Origin: Mustelus asterias
Taxonomy: Eukaryota
Reading direction: 5' to 3'
Length of the DNA: 64,000 bases
Assembly (NCBI RefSeq): GCF_964213995.1
Contig: NC_135810.1
Coordinates: 81,034,001 to 81,098,000 of the forward strand
Under the pieces are notes generated by a model. It did not search any database. It saw nothing but the letters and a program-made list of their open reading frames with translations, and was not told the origin of the DNA. Below are positions 48,901-62,465 of the stretch, in pieces. Each line of letters opens with the position of its first letter. The first letter of the stretch is position 1. Made by a program: the position numbers and the translations under genes.

Positions 48901-50580
48901 AATCTCACACTGACCCCCGACATCCCCACTCTCACACTGACCCCCGACCCCCCCACTCTCATACTGACCCCCACCCTCCCACTCACACTGACCCCGACCC
49001 CCCACTCTCACACTGACCCCCACCCTCCCACTCTCACACTGACCCCTGACACCCCCACTCTCACACTGACCCCCGACACCCCCACTCTCAAACTGACCCC
49101 CACCCTCCCACTCACACTGACCCCCCACTCTCACACTGACCCCCACCCTCCCACTCTCACACTGACCCCCGACTCCCCCACTCTCACACTGACCCCCGAC
49201 ACCACCACTCTCACACTGACCTCCCGAACCCCACTCTCACTGACCCCCGACCCCCCACTCTCACACTGACCCCCCCCACTCTCACACTGACCCCCGACCC
49301 CCCACTCTCACACTGACCCCCGACCCCCCCACTCTCACACTGACCACCGACCCCCCACTCTCACACTGACCCCTGACCCCCCACTCTCACACTGACCCCT
49401 GACCCCCCTACTCTCACACTGACCCCTGACCCCCCCACTCTCACACTGACCCCTGACCCCCCACTCTCACACTGACCCCCGACCCCCCACTCTCACACTG
49501 ACCCCTAACCCTCCCCCACTCTCACTATGACCCTCCCACTCTCATATTGACCCCCGACCCCCCCTCTCACACTGACCCCCCCACTCTCACAAAGACCCCC
49601 GACTACCCCCACTCTCACACAGACCCCCCCACTCTCACACTGATCACCTGACACCCCCACTCTCACACTGACCACCCGATCCCCTCATTCTCATCCTGAC
49701 CACCCAACCCCCTCACTCTCACACTGACCAGCTGACAACCCCAATCTCACACTGACCCCCGACCCCCTCCCCACTCTCACACTGACCCCCCACTCTCACA
49801 CTGACCCCCAACCCTCCCACTCTCACACTGACCCCCGACACCCCGAATCTCACACTGACCCCCGACATCCCCACTCTCACACTGACCCCCGACCCCCCCA
49901 CTCTCATACTGACCCCCACCCTCCCACTCACACTGACCCCGACCCCCCACTCTCACACTGACCCCCACCCTCCCACTCTCACACTGACCCCTGACACCCC
50001 CACTCTCACACTGACCCCCGACACCCCCACTCTCATACTGACCCCCACCCTCCCACTCACACTGACCCTGACCCCCCACTCTCACACTGACCCCCACCCT
50101 CCCACTCTCACACTGACCCCCGACTCCCCCACTCTCACACTGACCCCCGACTCCACCACTCTCACACTGACCTCCCGAACCCCACTCTCACTGACCCCCG
50201 ACCCCCCACTCTCACACTGACCCCCCCCACTCTCACACTGACCCCCGACCCCCCACTCTCACACTGACCCCCGACCCCCCACTCTCACACTGACCCCCCC
50301 CCCACTCTCACACTGACCCCCCCCCTCTCACACTGACCCCCGACCCCCCACTCTCACACTGACCCCCCCACTCTCACACTGACCCCCGACCCCCCACTCT
50401 CACACTGACCCCCGACCCCCCCACTCTCACACTGACCACCGACCCCCCACTCTCACACTGACCCCCGACCCCCCACTCTCACACTGACCCCTGACCCCCC
50501 TACTCTCACACTGACCCCTGACCCCCCCACTCTCACACTGACCCCCGACCCCCCCACTCTCACATTGACCACCCCCAACC
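45990..50580. repeat. C-rich minisatellite (~18-27 bp unit ACTCTCACACTGACCCCCGACCCCCC) with ~950-1000 bp higher-order repeats
   Basis: Tandem array; diagnostic variants recur at 46824, 47823, 48774 and 49719 (spacing 999, 951, 945). Confidence 0.97.
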
Positions 50581-50869
50581 CCCAAACACTTTCCTACCCA
50601 ATTATCTTACACACTTGCCTTTTTCCTGGCCTCTCATAGTGATTGGATGTTTAAACTTACCTGCTTTACAGCAGCTAGTGAATGTGACTTCCTTACCTGT
50701 GACTCAGCTATCCTTGACACAAGGCCTCGGGCACGCACTGTGTTACACTGTTCTCACCCGGCCGAGTCGGGAGGGTTGATGCGAAAGGAGCAGCTTCATC
50801 TTATGGTGAGAATCGAGGAGCAGAGTGGCAATCTGGCTCTGATGGCCACTTCACTGAAGTTACAGGTCA

Positions 50870-51260
50870 ATATCTTTCATGACCTCAGTACGTCCCAAAA
50901 TTCTTTACAGTCAATGAAGTATTTTTTGAAGTGTCATCAGTGTAGGGGAATGCAGTGCCCAATTCACACAAGCAACGTTACAAACAGCAGTGATATAGCA
51001 ATCAGATATCTTGCTATCATGGTGATGGTTAAGGATAAATATTAGCCATGCCTCTTGGAAAACTCCCCTATTTGTCTTTTGTGTCCACTTCAATGGGAAG
51101 ATGGGGCTTTGGTTTAATATTGCATCCTCAAGAAGAATCCTTCAAAAGTGCAACAATCTCACAGTTTTGCCCTGGAAAGTATGAACTTAGATTATGTGCT
51201 CAAGAGTCTGGAGTGGGAAATGATTCAGATGATTCAGAATGTTGCCCATTGAGTGACAAC
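50870..51260 (-). mobile_element. DeuSINE/SacSINE1-like SINE
   Basis: Similar to 11685-12122. Confidence 0.5.
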
Positions 51261-52092
51261 TATAAATAGAAAATGATTGTTTTGTCGCATTGTTGAATTG
51301 ATGATAATAGGGTGTAGCCTCAGGATTATCACTGGGGGAATAGGCCGCGTACATAGTCAAGATGTTTTCACATTGGACAATCAGAATCTGGAATACGATA
51401 CCATAAATTACTATGAAGATGGTGATTATAATATTAGGAATTGGATACATTTATAAAATAAAGAATGATGAAGCATTTGGTGAAAGGGCCAGGATGAAGA
51501 GAAGAAAGGAAGGAGCTCAGTCGATGAGTTTGCACAGACACAGCCATGATGGGCTGAATGATCTTTTATCACTTTAACATTTCTATAAGCTTCCATTCTG
51601 TTCAAGTAACCAAGAATATAGTTGAAACCAAACACTGTTATTTCACTTTAATTCACAAACAGATGACATTGGACTGTCTCTGTGCTATTTTGAATGTCCG
51701 GCTTTTAATGTATTACTGTTAGATTCCTGTCCTTTATTTAAATGCAGTCACAGAGTTATTCATTTTAAATCAGTTGAAAAATGTGTCAAGATAAAATGAA
51801 CGGTCATTTAGCCACTTTTCTTTATTGCATAGAGAGAATTAGTCACCACAAAGTCTACAGGTATCAGTGAACTTCCTGCCGGCTACAAGTTCCAACAGAC
51901 AGTGAACATTATTCAGTTTCAAACAAAGAGAGTACCATCACCCTTCGAGATCATTGCCATCAAACTTGGTTTACTCCTTTAAGTCCGCCTCTTGATTTTG
52001 TGAGTTTTAAAAAAAATCAAATCCAACATTCATTGAATGATGACTTCCTTTGGCTCCTGTAGTCATTTTGCAGATATCCTGGAAATAATGGG

Positions 52093-52245
52093 AAACATAG
52101 TAAGGAGTCTAACAACACCAGGTTAAAGTCCAACAGGTTTATTTGGTAGCAAACACCATTATTTGGCCGCAAACTGCCGGCTGCAAGTGGAGAGGATCTC
52201 CAAGAAGATCGCGCATATCGACACACCAACGCCGGCATCTCCACA
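52093..52245. mobile_element. Penelope mosaic micro-insertion
   Basis: Minus-strand terminus AACACCAGGTTAAAGTCCAACAGG plus plus-strand CCAACGCCGGCATCTCCACA; flanked by repeated AATAATGGGAAA. Confidence 0.7.
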
Positions 52246-52415
52246 ATAATGGGAAAGCCAGGATTCAGTGAGAATGAGGAACTCAAAGGAATGGGATAAT
52301 GAAGAAACAGTACTGGAGAAATCAATGGGATTAAGTGATGACAAATGTCCTGGAACTGACAGCCTGCACCCCAGACAATGAAAATAATTCCCTGCAGACA
52401 TATTGGAAACTATGA

Positions 52416-52610
52416 ACGGGATTTTATGGCTCCCCCACAGTGGCGGAGGAGACTCAGCATTGGCTGGTGGCGAGATCTTCTGGTCCTGCCAATGTCTACG
52501 GGGCTTTGCATGTCTCTCACCTTCCACCACCAGGGAACGTGCTGCGAGGGGTCCCCATTGGCAGGATCGCAAGATCCCATCGGTGGGAAGGGCCAGAAAA
52601 TTTTGGCCAT
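52416..52610. mobile_element. MITE (Harbinger-like) inserted in a CR1 fragment
   Basis: Imperfect TIRs GGGATTTTATGGC / GGCCAGAAAATTT; interior similar to 5904-6112. Confidence 0.55.
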
Positions 52611-55465
52611 TAACTTTGATATTCCAGAATTTGTTAGATGCTTGAACAGTTTCCAAGGATTGGAAGCCAGTAAACACAACCCTATAATTTAAGGAAGGAG
52701 GAAGAGAGAAAAAGGGGGAACTATGGGCGAGATTCTCCAATCTCATCCACGATGCAACTTGTGAGCGAAAACGGAAAATTTGGCGTCTAGCCAAAACTCT
52801 ATTCCCTCACAGTGGCACCGAGATTCTCAGCCACGAATGAGAGCAGAAGGTTTTGGCCTATGAGGGTGATTCGCTGGGGCTGCTCGCTGCAGGCAGGATT
52901 CCCGATGGCCCATTGAATCAGACATGATGCCCAAAATGGAAATCTCACTGGGCTTCAAACCCGTTACAAGTGTGGTGGCTGCTGTGCCGCCCCGATCAGC
53001 TTCTCGGCTAGAGCGGGTGGGACACATTATTAATATTCATGTCCATGTAATTATCAGGCTGGAAGCCCGATTCACCGCCCTCCTGTGATGCTCCTGCCCC
53101 TGCAACTGGAAACCATGTGGGCACCAATTAGTGCAGGTCTTGAAAAGTGGGCACCACTTTTCAAGACCTGCTCTAATTGGTCCCCCTTGGACCTCAAGGT
53201 GGAGCTAGGAGGTAAGTACCCTGATTTAATTTCTACTGAGGTGCAGATGGGGAGTAACTTGTGACCTGGGGATAGGGAAAGGGTGGTCCTCGGGGGGGGG
53301 AGGACTTGACCTCAGAGGAAGTCTTGCCCGGGATGAAGGTCTTTTGGCTGGATTTTCTCATGTTAAAGAGAAGAAAATCACTCTATCGAAGTTACTGGAA
53401 GGCACCTTACCAGTAAGTGTTGATGCCTGTGTTTCATCTAAGACCTTTGAGGTCTCCTGTTCACTCAGAAATCCTTGTCCTTTGCAAACCTGGAAAACCT
53501 CCTGGTAGTTTCAGCACTCCAATCCACATTTGGGCTGCTCCTGGTTTGATTTCAGGGGCCCTGGGTGTCCCCTGATCTCTTTGAACTCCTTTGAATGACA
53601 CCTTCAGAGCAGATCAATGAAGGGGTTCGAAGAATCTTGTTAACACAAGGAGCAGATAGCTCAATAGCAGCTGAAAGTGTCTATTCCAGGCAGCCCAGGT
53701 CAGAACAAACACCTCAGTGTTGAAACAATCAGTCTGTGCTTCAAATACATAGAAATGTAGAAACTAGAAGCTGGAGTAGGAAATTCGGTCTTCAATCCTG
53801 CTCCGCCATTCATTTTGACCATGGCTGATCATCAAATTCCTGATATGTTTCTATATCCTGATCCTGTCTTCCCCCTCTATCCCTTGATCCCTTTACCCCA
53901 AGAGCTATATCTTATTTCTTCTTGAAATCACACAAGCCTGAAGTGCTCTCTCTCTTCGCCACAGTTGGTCAGCCTAACCCACTTTTTTTTGAGGAAACCA
54001 TTTATTCTTGCACTCTGACCCTTCCCAGAGAGCAGAACTGCTTTCTAATACTACTTTTAATTTAAACAGTGACAACTCTTTTCTTGGCCGCTGAGATTCC
54101 AGTAGACCTGGAGACCATTTGTCCATTGCATCTCTCTCCACATGGTGGTCAAGGGGAGGGGATATAGTGGTCTGCCATTCAGGTTCTCCAGTGGCTGCTC
54201 TGCTGTATGGAGTGAGGCAGCTTGCCAGGGAGTAGGTGCTGTGATGTTCATTCCTGATCATTCTCTGGGCATCCGTCTTCATCTCTGAGAGCACCTGTGC
54301 CCTCTCACATGCCTGTTAACCTTGAGCCTCCTATCAACTGTCCATCATGATTGATAATTCAACAATCTCACCAGCCTTAATATCCAGGTAAGGCTCAGAG
54401 GAAGAGGCAGTCATAGGCAGGGCCTGAGGCTCGCAGTCCAGGCATAGCGAAGGCTCACCTGTTGCCTTGCACTATTGCACACATTGATGCATGGCTGCAT
54501 ACAAGAGGCATGGGGCCACAGGGGGGCATCCACTTCCACCAGGAAATGAGGCGAACCATGACTGATGATGTGAAGGGAGGGTCCCCAGATGGAAGGCCAT
54601 GGACAACAATGAGGGGCCATGAAGTAGTCTCCATGACCATACAGGCTAGCTGTTATGGGCAGCAGCTCCTCAAGGTTGCTCTGGGTGGTGGGAATGATGA
54701 GGGTTAGTCAGCCTTCAGACCAGGGTGACCACAGGAGTTGGGACGACCTGAGGGTCCAGAAATGGATGACCGAGCTAAATGTCTATCTCTCCTTCTCCAC
54801 CTCCTCACAGAGAGAAGATGAATTTTGGCTTGCAGCTAGGCCAGCTAGCTGCATTCCTGGTGACTGCCACCCGAGGCAGAGAGCACCAGGGCCAGCCCAG
54901 GCCTTACCCAGCACCACTTGAGCCAGCACCCGAACAACAGGGGACTATCGCTGAGGCTCAAAAGCTACTGCCCATTAGGTCGAGAAGGAGGTAAGAAGAC
55001 AGTGCTTATTGTAGGCCATGTGTCTGTAGGAGGCACTGGAGTTTTAATGGGCTGTCAGCAAACCTGTGCCACCGCATACTCTGACTTCACAAGGACACAG
55101 TGCGCCACTTATGCCAGGTACTCGCACAGTCCCACCCAGCCCCAAGAGGAGGGGGACACCCCTCCTGGTAACTGGGAGAGTCATGGCTGCTCTGAATTTC
55201 TTCACCTCTGGATCTTTGCAGGTTTCGAGCTGGGCCTGTGAGGTATTTCCCAGGCATCAGCCCACACATGTATCCACAAGGTGCCGGATGCTCTGTATGC
55301 CCAGGCATCGGATACATCACCTTCCATCTGACCAGGTCCACCAGGGTGCCCAAGCTGAAGATTGTCTGCCGTCACCAGGATGCCCCAGATCCAGAGGGCA
55401 ATCATTGGCACCCATATCAACCTGGGAGTGCCCTTCATAAACAGGAAGGGGTTCCATTCCCTTAA

Positions 55466-56138
55466 GGTGATGGCCTAGTTGTATTATCGCTAGTCTATTA
55501 ATCCAGAAACTCAACTAATGTTCTGAGGACCTGGGTTCGAAACCCGCCAAGGCAGATTGTAGAATTTGAATTCAATAAAAAAAATCTGGAATTAAGAATC
55601 TACTGATGACCATGAAAAGAAACCCTACAGTGCAGAAAGAGGCCATTTGGCCCATCGAGTCTGTACCGACCACAATCCCACCCAGGCCCTACCGCCATAT
55701 TCCTACATATTTACCCGCTAATCTCTCTAACCTGCGCATCTCAGGACACTAACGGGAATTTTAGCACGGCCAATCAACCTAACCCGCACATCTTTGGACT
55801 GTGGGAGGAAACCGGAGCACCCGGAGGAAACCCACGCAGACACGAGGAGAACGTGCAAACTCCACACAGACAGTAACCCAAGCCAGGAATTGAACCCAAG
55901 TCTCTGGAGCTGTGAAGCAGCTGTGCTAACCACTGTGCTACCGTGCCGTCCATCTTGTTCACTAATGTCCTTGAGGGAAGGAAATCTGCAGTCCTTACCC
56001 GGTCTGGCCTACATATGACTCTAGAGCCACAGTAATGTGGTTGACTCTCAACTGCCCTCTGAACAAGGACAACTAGGGATGGGCAATAAATGCTGGCCAG
56101 CCAGTGACACCCATGTCCCACAAATGAATAAAAATAAA
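55466..56138 (+). mobile_element. tRNA-headed SINE containing a nested HE1 SINE
   Basis: Head at 55466-55616, body resumes at 55949, A-rich end. Confidence 0.75.
55617..55948 (-). mobile_element. HE1-type SINE
   Basis: Full-length reverse copy. Confidence 0.9.
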
Positions 56139-56504
56139 TATCCAGATTATGTGTGACAACCAGCTAAACGTCATGCAGGTCTGTGTACGGTATCCAGGGA
56201 GCATGCATAATGGCTCATCCTTGGGCACTCGGAGGTACCTGGCATCTTTAAGGGTCACCCTTGGCAGTAGGGTTGGCTAGTAGGGGATTGGGGCTACCCA
56301 CTAAGATCTTGGCTAATGACGCCAGTGTGGAGGCCTGAGGCTGAGGGGGAAATCTGATACAGTGAGGCCCACTCTGCATCATCGAGCAAGATGCGATTCC
56401 CCTGTCTGGACTGCTCTGGCTCCAACACATCTTGAAGGTTTGACCAGGTAGATGCTGGGAAAATACGTCCTCTGGCTGGGGAATCTGGAACATGGGGTCA
56501 CAAT

Positions 56505-56755
56505 AAGGATCAGCCATTTAGGACCCGATGTTGTAAATCTTTGGAATTCTACACCCAGAGAGCTGTGGTTGTTCAGTTGTTGAGTATATTCAACATAGAG
56601 ATCAATAGAGTCTGGGGACTAAGGGAATTAAGGGATAAAGAGAGTGTGCAGGAAAATGGATTGAAGGAAAAGTTCAGTTATGACCTTGTTGAATGGCACA
56701 ACAGGCTCAAAGGGCTAAATGGCCTATCCCAACTTTGATTTCTCCTGTTTTTATG
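56505..56755 (+). mobile_element. CR1-like LINE 3' end
   Basis: VVNLWNS/QRAVVVQLLSIF..EINR and 3' UTR. Confidence 0.65.
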
Positions 56756-57499
56756 GTTCTCAAAAGCACTAGCAGGTTATTTATGGCCGGGTTCATAGTT
56801 TTCATCCAATATCAAGACAGACACACTTCTCAGCAGTTTCAATCTCACCACTAAGAAAATGAATCAATTTTACCTGGTATTTTTGTGGTGAGTCACCTTT
56901 TACAGTTTTTTTACATTAAATAAAGTCTTCAAAGAGAATAATAATTGCATTGAGCCTCATATTTCACACAGCAATAAGTTCAGGTCCAAAAGTGAAATTT
57001 CAAAAGACATCTCCTGTTGTAAGTTTATCTGTGAACTCCCAGTGGGCTGCAATACATTTATGATTTGGCTCTTCTGATGTTTGATGAAACTGCAAAGATT
57101 CATCATTTCATCCCTTTGTAGTTGACAGGACAGTTTAGATGGACCTTGTTCTCCATTGTACTGAACTGGGAAACGCTGAGCAGGAATCGCTGCCAAATTT
57201 TCGACATGGAGCGAGGATCCGGACACACGGATGAATTCTGGGTCCCGACTCTGTGCTTCAGCTCCATCGCTCTCCCGCAACGCAATCTGTGATGACCTCC
57301 GAACTGACAATTCTGAAGTCCTGCCCGCAACGAGTCCCAGCCCCTCTTCCCTTTGAAAATCTGACCCCAAGTGTTTCAGCAGACAGAACTATCCCTCAAG
57401 AAATTTGGACAGGTTAAATAGAATCTACTGTCACGATCAAGAGACATGAAGGAAACTAAATAAATACGTGATTCTACCATCCTGCTGTGCTAATTTTTT

Positions 57500-60060
57500 G
57501 TAACACTAACTAGAAATATACAAACAGATAGCAAGAGTTTCTACTGGTATTTAAAAAGGAAAAGAGTAAATAAAGTGAAAGTTGGTCTTCTGGAGAGTGA
57601 GAATGGGGAAGTCATAATGGAAAATAAGGAAGTGGCGTGTGAAATGAACAAATATTTCACTTCTATCTTCAAATAACATCTCAGAAATAATCACAAATGA
57701 GAAAGTGAAAGGGAGGAAGGAACTTAAAATAATTACAATCACCAGGGAACGAATGCTAAGAAAATGATTTGAACTAAAAGCTGACAAGTCCCCAGGTCTT
57801 GATGGACTTCACCCTAGAGTCTTAAAGAAATGGCTGCTGAGATAATGGCCAGAACTCTACCACCTCACCCGCCCAGAATCGGAGCGGGCGAGGGTCCGAC
57901 AACGGAAATCTCCGTTGACCTCGGGCGGGAATTTCTAGTCTCGCCTGAGCAAGGCCGTAAAATCTCGCCCAATAGATGCATTGGTTTTAATTTTCCAAAG
58001 TTCCTTAGATTCTGGAAAGGTCCCATCAGTTGAAAATAGCAATGTGACTCCGATATTGAAGGAAGGAGGGAAACAGGAAGTAGGAAACTATAACGTGCTT
58101 AGTTTAACATTTGTTCACAGAACCACAGAATCTCATAGTGCAGAAGGGGCCCTTCAGCCCATCGAGTCTGCACCAACACAAGAGAAATGCCTGACCTTCC
58201 ACCTAATTCCATTTACCAGCGCTTGGCCCATAGCTTTGAAAGTTATGACGTGCCAAGTACTCATCCAAGTACTTTTTAAAGGATGGGATGCAACCCGCCT
58301 CTACCACCCTCCCAGGGCAGTGCATTCCAGACCGTCACCACCCTCTGTGTAAAAAGGTTTTTCCTCACATCCCCCCTAAACCTCCTGGCCCTCACCTTGA
58401 ACCTGTGTCCCCTCGTAACTGACCCTTCAACTAAGGGGAACAGCTGCTCCCCATCCACTCTGTCCATGTCCCTCATAATCTTGTACACCTCAATCAGGTT
58501 GCCCCTCAGTTTTCCCTCAACGAAAACAACACACGCCTATCCAACCTCTCTTCATCACTTAAATGTTCCATCCCAGGCAGCATCCTAGAGAATCTCCTCT
58601 GCAACCCTTCTAGTGCAATCATATCTTCTGATAATGTGGTGACTAGAACTGCACACAGAACTGCACACAGTATTCTAGCTGTGGCCTCACCAAAGTTCTA
58701 TACAACTCCAACACAACCTCCCTGCTTTTGAAATCTATGCTTTGACTGATAAAAGCAAGTGTCCCATATGCCTTTTTCACCAACCTACGAACATGCCCTT
58801 CCGCCTTCAAAGATCAATGGACAAACACGCCAAGATCACTTTGTTCCTCAGAACTTCCTAATGACATGTGATTCATTGAATACTTCCTTGTCAAATTACT
58901 CCTTCCGAAGTGTATCGCCTCACACTGGGTATGACACACAGGAGATGAGTGACGACAAGAAAGTATGCTTCAGACAGATGTCAGGTAGAAAATACAATTG
59001 AAAACCAAGCTGAATAAAGAAAGTTCAGAGGGAAGGTGAATAAGTGAATAAGAGAAGGAATGAGGCAGGTAGCCAACATAAAAGGGAATCCCAAAGTCTT
59101 TTCCAGGTAAGTAAATAAGAAAAGGGGAATAAAAGAGGAGCAGGGTTGATTAGGGACCAAAGAGGGTCACATGGAGGTAGAAAGGATAGATCATCTATTA
59201 AATGCATATTTTGCACCTGTGTTTGCCAAGGAAGAAGGTGCTGCCCAGACCATGGTGAAAGAAGAGGAAACTCTATGTCACTAGAAATGTTTAAAATCAG
59301 TGGAGGTATTAGGAAGGCTGTCTGCACTTAAAGTCGACAAGGCACCAGGACTGGATGAGATGCTTCCAAGGATACTGAGGGAAGTGAGTGAAAATGGCAG
59401 AGACACTAGCCAGAACTTTTCAATCTTCCTTGGACTCAGGGCTGGTGCCAGAAGTCTGGAGAATTACAAACTTTACGCCTTTCTTCAAAAAAGGATGCAA
59501 AAATAAGCCCAGCATCTCCAGGCCAGTCAGTTTATCTTTGATGGTGGCAAAACTTCTAGAAACAATCATTTAGGACAACATTAATGAATTAATTAAACAC
59601 TCAAATGTCTGAACCAACAGCTCCATGGGGGTTTCCTGTTTAGAGTCATAGAGGTTTACTTGTCCATGCCGCCCTTTTTTTTAAACCCTGAAGCTAGTCC
59701 CAATTGTCCACATTTGGCCCATATCCCTCTATAACCACCTTACCCATGTAACTGTCTAAACGCTTTTTAAAAGACAAAATTGTACCCACTTCTACTACTA
59801 CCTCTGGCAGCTTGTTCTAGACACTCACCACCCTCTGCGTGAAAATAATGCCCCTCTGGACCCTTTTGTATCTCTCCCCTCTCACCTTAAATCTATGCCC
59901 TCTAGTTTTAGACTCCCCTACCTTTGGGAAAAGATATTGACTATCTAGCTGATCTATGCCCCTCGTTATTTTATAGACCTCTATAAGATCACCCCTCAGC
60001 CTTCTACGCTCCAGAGAAAAAAGTCCCAGTCTTTTCAGCCTCTACCTATAACTCAAACTC
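57500..60060. mobile_element. Cluster of CR1-like fragments (57500-58110 +, 58115-58920 -, 58960-59580 +, 59640-60060 -) with a MITE at 57847-57970
   Basis: DKSPGLDGLHPRVLKE, DKAPGLDEMLPRILRE, TRGHRFKVR..FTQRVV motifs. Confidence 0.8.
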
Positions 60061-60124
60061 GATGTTTGTCTTCAAATATGTCTCAGTATAGCCCGAAAAG
60101 GAGCGGGATCATTTAAAAAAATTA

Positions 60125-61350
60125 TTCTTTCACGCATCAGCAACCCTTGTCTTTCTAGCTTGGAAAGGTTGTGGATTTGGAAGGTGCTGTCGAAGGAACA
60201 TTGGTGAGTCACTGCAATGCATCTTGTAGATAGTGCACACTGCTGCTACTATGCACCGGTGGTGGAGGGAGTGAATATTGAAGGTGGTAGAAGGGGTGTC
60301 AACCAAGTGAGCTGCTTTATTGTCCTGGATGATATTGAGCTTTTTTAGTGTTCTTGGAGCTGCACCCATTCAAGCAAGTGGGGAGTATTCCGTTACACTC
60401 CTATCTTGTGCCTTGAGAATGGTTGACAGGCTTTGGGAACATCAGGATGTGAGTTACTCGCCGGAGGATTCCTAGCCTCTGACCAATTTTTGTAGTCAAA
60501 ATATTTATGTGGCTGATCCAATGTAGCTTCTGGTCAATGGTAACCGCCAGGATGTTGATAGTGGGGATTCAGCAATGGTAATGCTATTCAATGTCATGGG
60601 GCAATGGTTAGATTCTCTCTTGTTGGAGATGGTTACTGCCTGACAATAGTGTGACACAAATGTTACTTGCCACTTGTCAGCCCAAGGCTGAATGTTGTCC
60701 AGGTCTTGTTGCATTTGGACATGGGCTGTTTCAGTATCTGAGGAGTCACAAATAGTGCTGAACATTGTGCAAACATCAGTGAACATCCCCACTTCTGACT
60801 TTATGATGGAAGAAAGGTCATTGATGAAAGAGTTGAAGATGGTTGGGCCTAAGACACTACCCTCAGGATCTCCTGCAGAGATGTCCTGGAGCTGAGACAA
60901 CCAACAACAACAACCATCTTCCTTTGTGCAAGGTAGGAAACCAACTAGTGGAGAGTTTTCTCTGATTTCCATTCGTCCTAGATTTGTGAGGGCTCTTTGA
61001 TGCCACATTCAGTTAAATGCTGCCCTGATGTCAAGGACAGTCACTCTCGCTTCATCTCTGGAGATCAGCTCTTTTGTCCATGTTTGGACCAAGGCTGTAA
61101 TGATTTCAGGAGCTGAACGGCCCTGGCAGGACCCAAGCAGTGTTATTGTGCAGGTTATTATTGATTAAGGGCCACTTGGTAGCACCGTTCTGATGATTGA
61201 GGGTAGACTGATGCGGCCTAATTCACCCAGCTGCATTTCTCATGTTTTTTGTGGACAGGCCTTACCTGGGCAATTTTCCACATTGTTGCATAGGTGCCAG
61301 TGTTGTAGCTGTACTGGAACAGCTTGACTAGGGATGTGGCAAATTCTGGA
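60125..61350 (-). mobile_element. Degenerate CR1-group LINE (different subfamily), RT to 3' end
   Basis: GDPEGSVLGPTIFNSFINDL..MFTDVC..QQDLDNIQPWADKWQVTF. Confidence 0.8.
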
Positions 61351-61631
61351 GCACAGGTCTCCAGTGATCTGTTTCTTGAATTCTCATGGTGTGAATGAAA
61401 TTATCGAATTCCTAACCCACACCTTTTCCAGGGTTTTAAATCCCCTCCCTGCACTCCAACCTGCCCCCTTTGATAGTTAATAATCTGTCCATCAACTTAA
61501 CTGACAAGGTAAAAGATGGTGCAAAAAAAAATCCACATAGCTAACAATCTTTGCAGCACAGGCCTCTCTAGTTCTCCTTAAAAGAGTGGCCCTACAAATT
61601 TAGCATACACAATGACACTTTCTTGCTTCAG

Positions 61632-61801
61632 TGCAGCTCTCTGAGAAATTATGTCTTTCGAAACTGCAAAGCATCCTGGACAGACATTTAGCTCTGGGCA
61701 ATGTAAACTTGAGTGAGGCTGCCAGGAACTCGACAGTCATCGCTTTGTTAAACTTCGACAGTGAGCAGTGCTGCTGCTTAGAAGTGGAAACAATATCCCA
61801 A
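61632..61801 (+). CDS. Candidate exon, unidentified
   Basis: TTTCTTGCTTCAG acceptor, open frame QLSEKLCLSKLQSILDRHLALG..., GTGAGA donor. Confidence 0.2.
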
Positions 61802-61959
61802 GTGAGAACCTTTATTTGCTGAAAAGTATGTGTTTAGTATGTGACTCAAAGACCCATGTTTTCAATGACCACGGTGTAAACTTTAATCAGCAATTGAATG
61901 AATAGCGAACAAAAAGAAACAAAAGCCTAATAACAGTGACTACACTTCAAAATTATTTA

Positions 61960-62465
61960 TAGTCATAGAGTCATAGAGGTTTATAGCATGGAAACAGGCC
62001 CTTCGGCCCAACTTGTCCATGCCATCCCTTTTGTTAACCACTTAACTAGTCCCAATTGCCCGCGTTTGGCCCATATCCCTCTACGGCCATCTTACCCATG
62101 TAACTGTCTAAATGCTTTTTAAAAGACAAAATTGTACCCGCCTCTACTACTGCCTCTGGCAGCTCGTTCCAGACACAAAAAATTGTCCCTGTGGGCCATT
62201 TTGCATCTCTCCCCTCTCATCTTAAATCTATGCCCTCTGGTTTTAGACTCCCCTACCTTTGTGAAAAGATGTTGAATATCTAGCTGATCTATGCCCCTCA
62301 TTATTTTATAGACCTCTATAAGATCACCCCTAAACCTCCTACGCTCCAGGAAAAAAAGTCCCAGGTTATCCAGCCTCTCCTTATAACTCAAACCATCGAG
62401 TCCCAATAGCATCCTAGTAAATCTTTTCTGCACTCTTTTTAGTTTAACAATATGTTTTCTATAAT
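61960..62465 (-). mobile_element. CR1-like LINE 3' end
   Basis: QKRFTRMLLGLDGLSYKERLDNLGLFFLERRRFRGDLIEVYKIM; (CTATGACT)n tail. Confidence 0.88.

Larger units (their letters stand above)
54980..56430 (+). pseudogene. Harbinger (HARBI1-like) DDE transposase remnant, split by nested SINEs
   Basis: AALNFFTSGSLQ, PQIQRAIIGTHI, FINRKGFHSL | IQIMCD..VCVRYPGSMHN, WLVGDWGYPLRSWLMTP. Confidence 0.85.

Noticed and set aside
45990-50580. CRISPR-like array or Gly/Val-rich protein ORFs
   Set aside because: Spacers are C-run variants rather than unique sequence, the context is vertebrate, and the ORFs are translations of the repeat
51832-51999. Exon with an in-frame TGA (selenocysteine or readthrough)
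   Set aside because: Splice-like ends are present, but all frames contain stops, the peptide resembles no selenoprotein and no SECIS was seen
56957-57370. 137-aa ORF as a gene
   Set aside because: No ATG start, no recognisable domain and no convincing splice context
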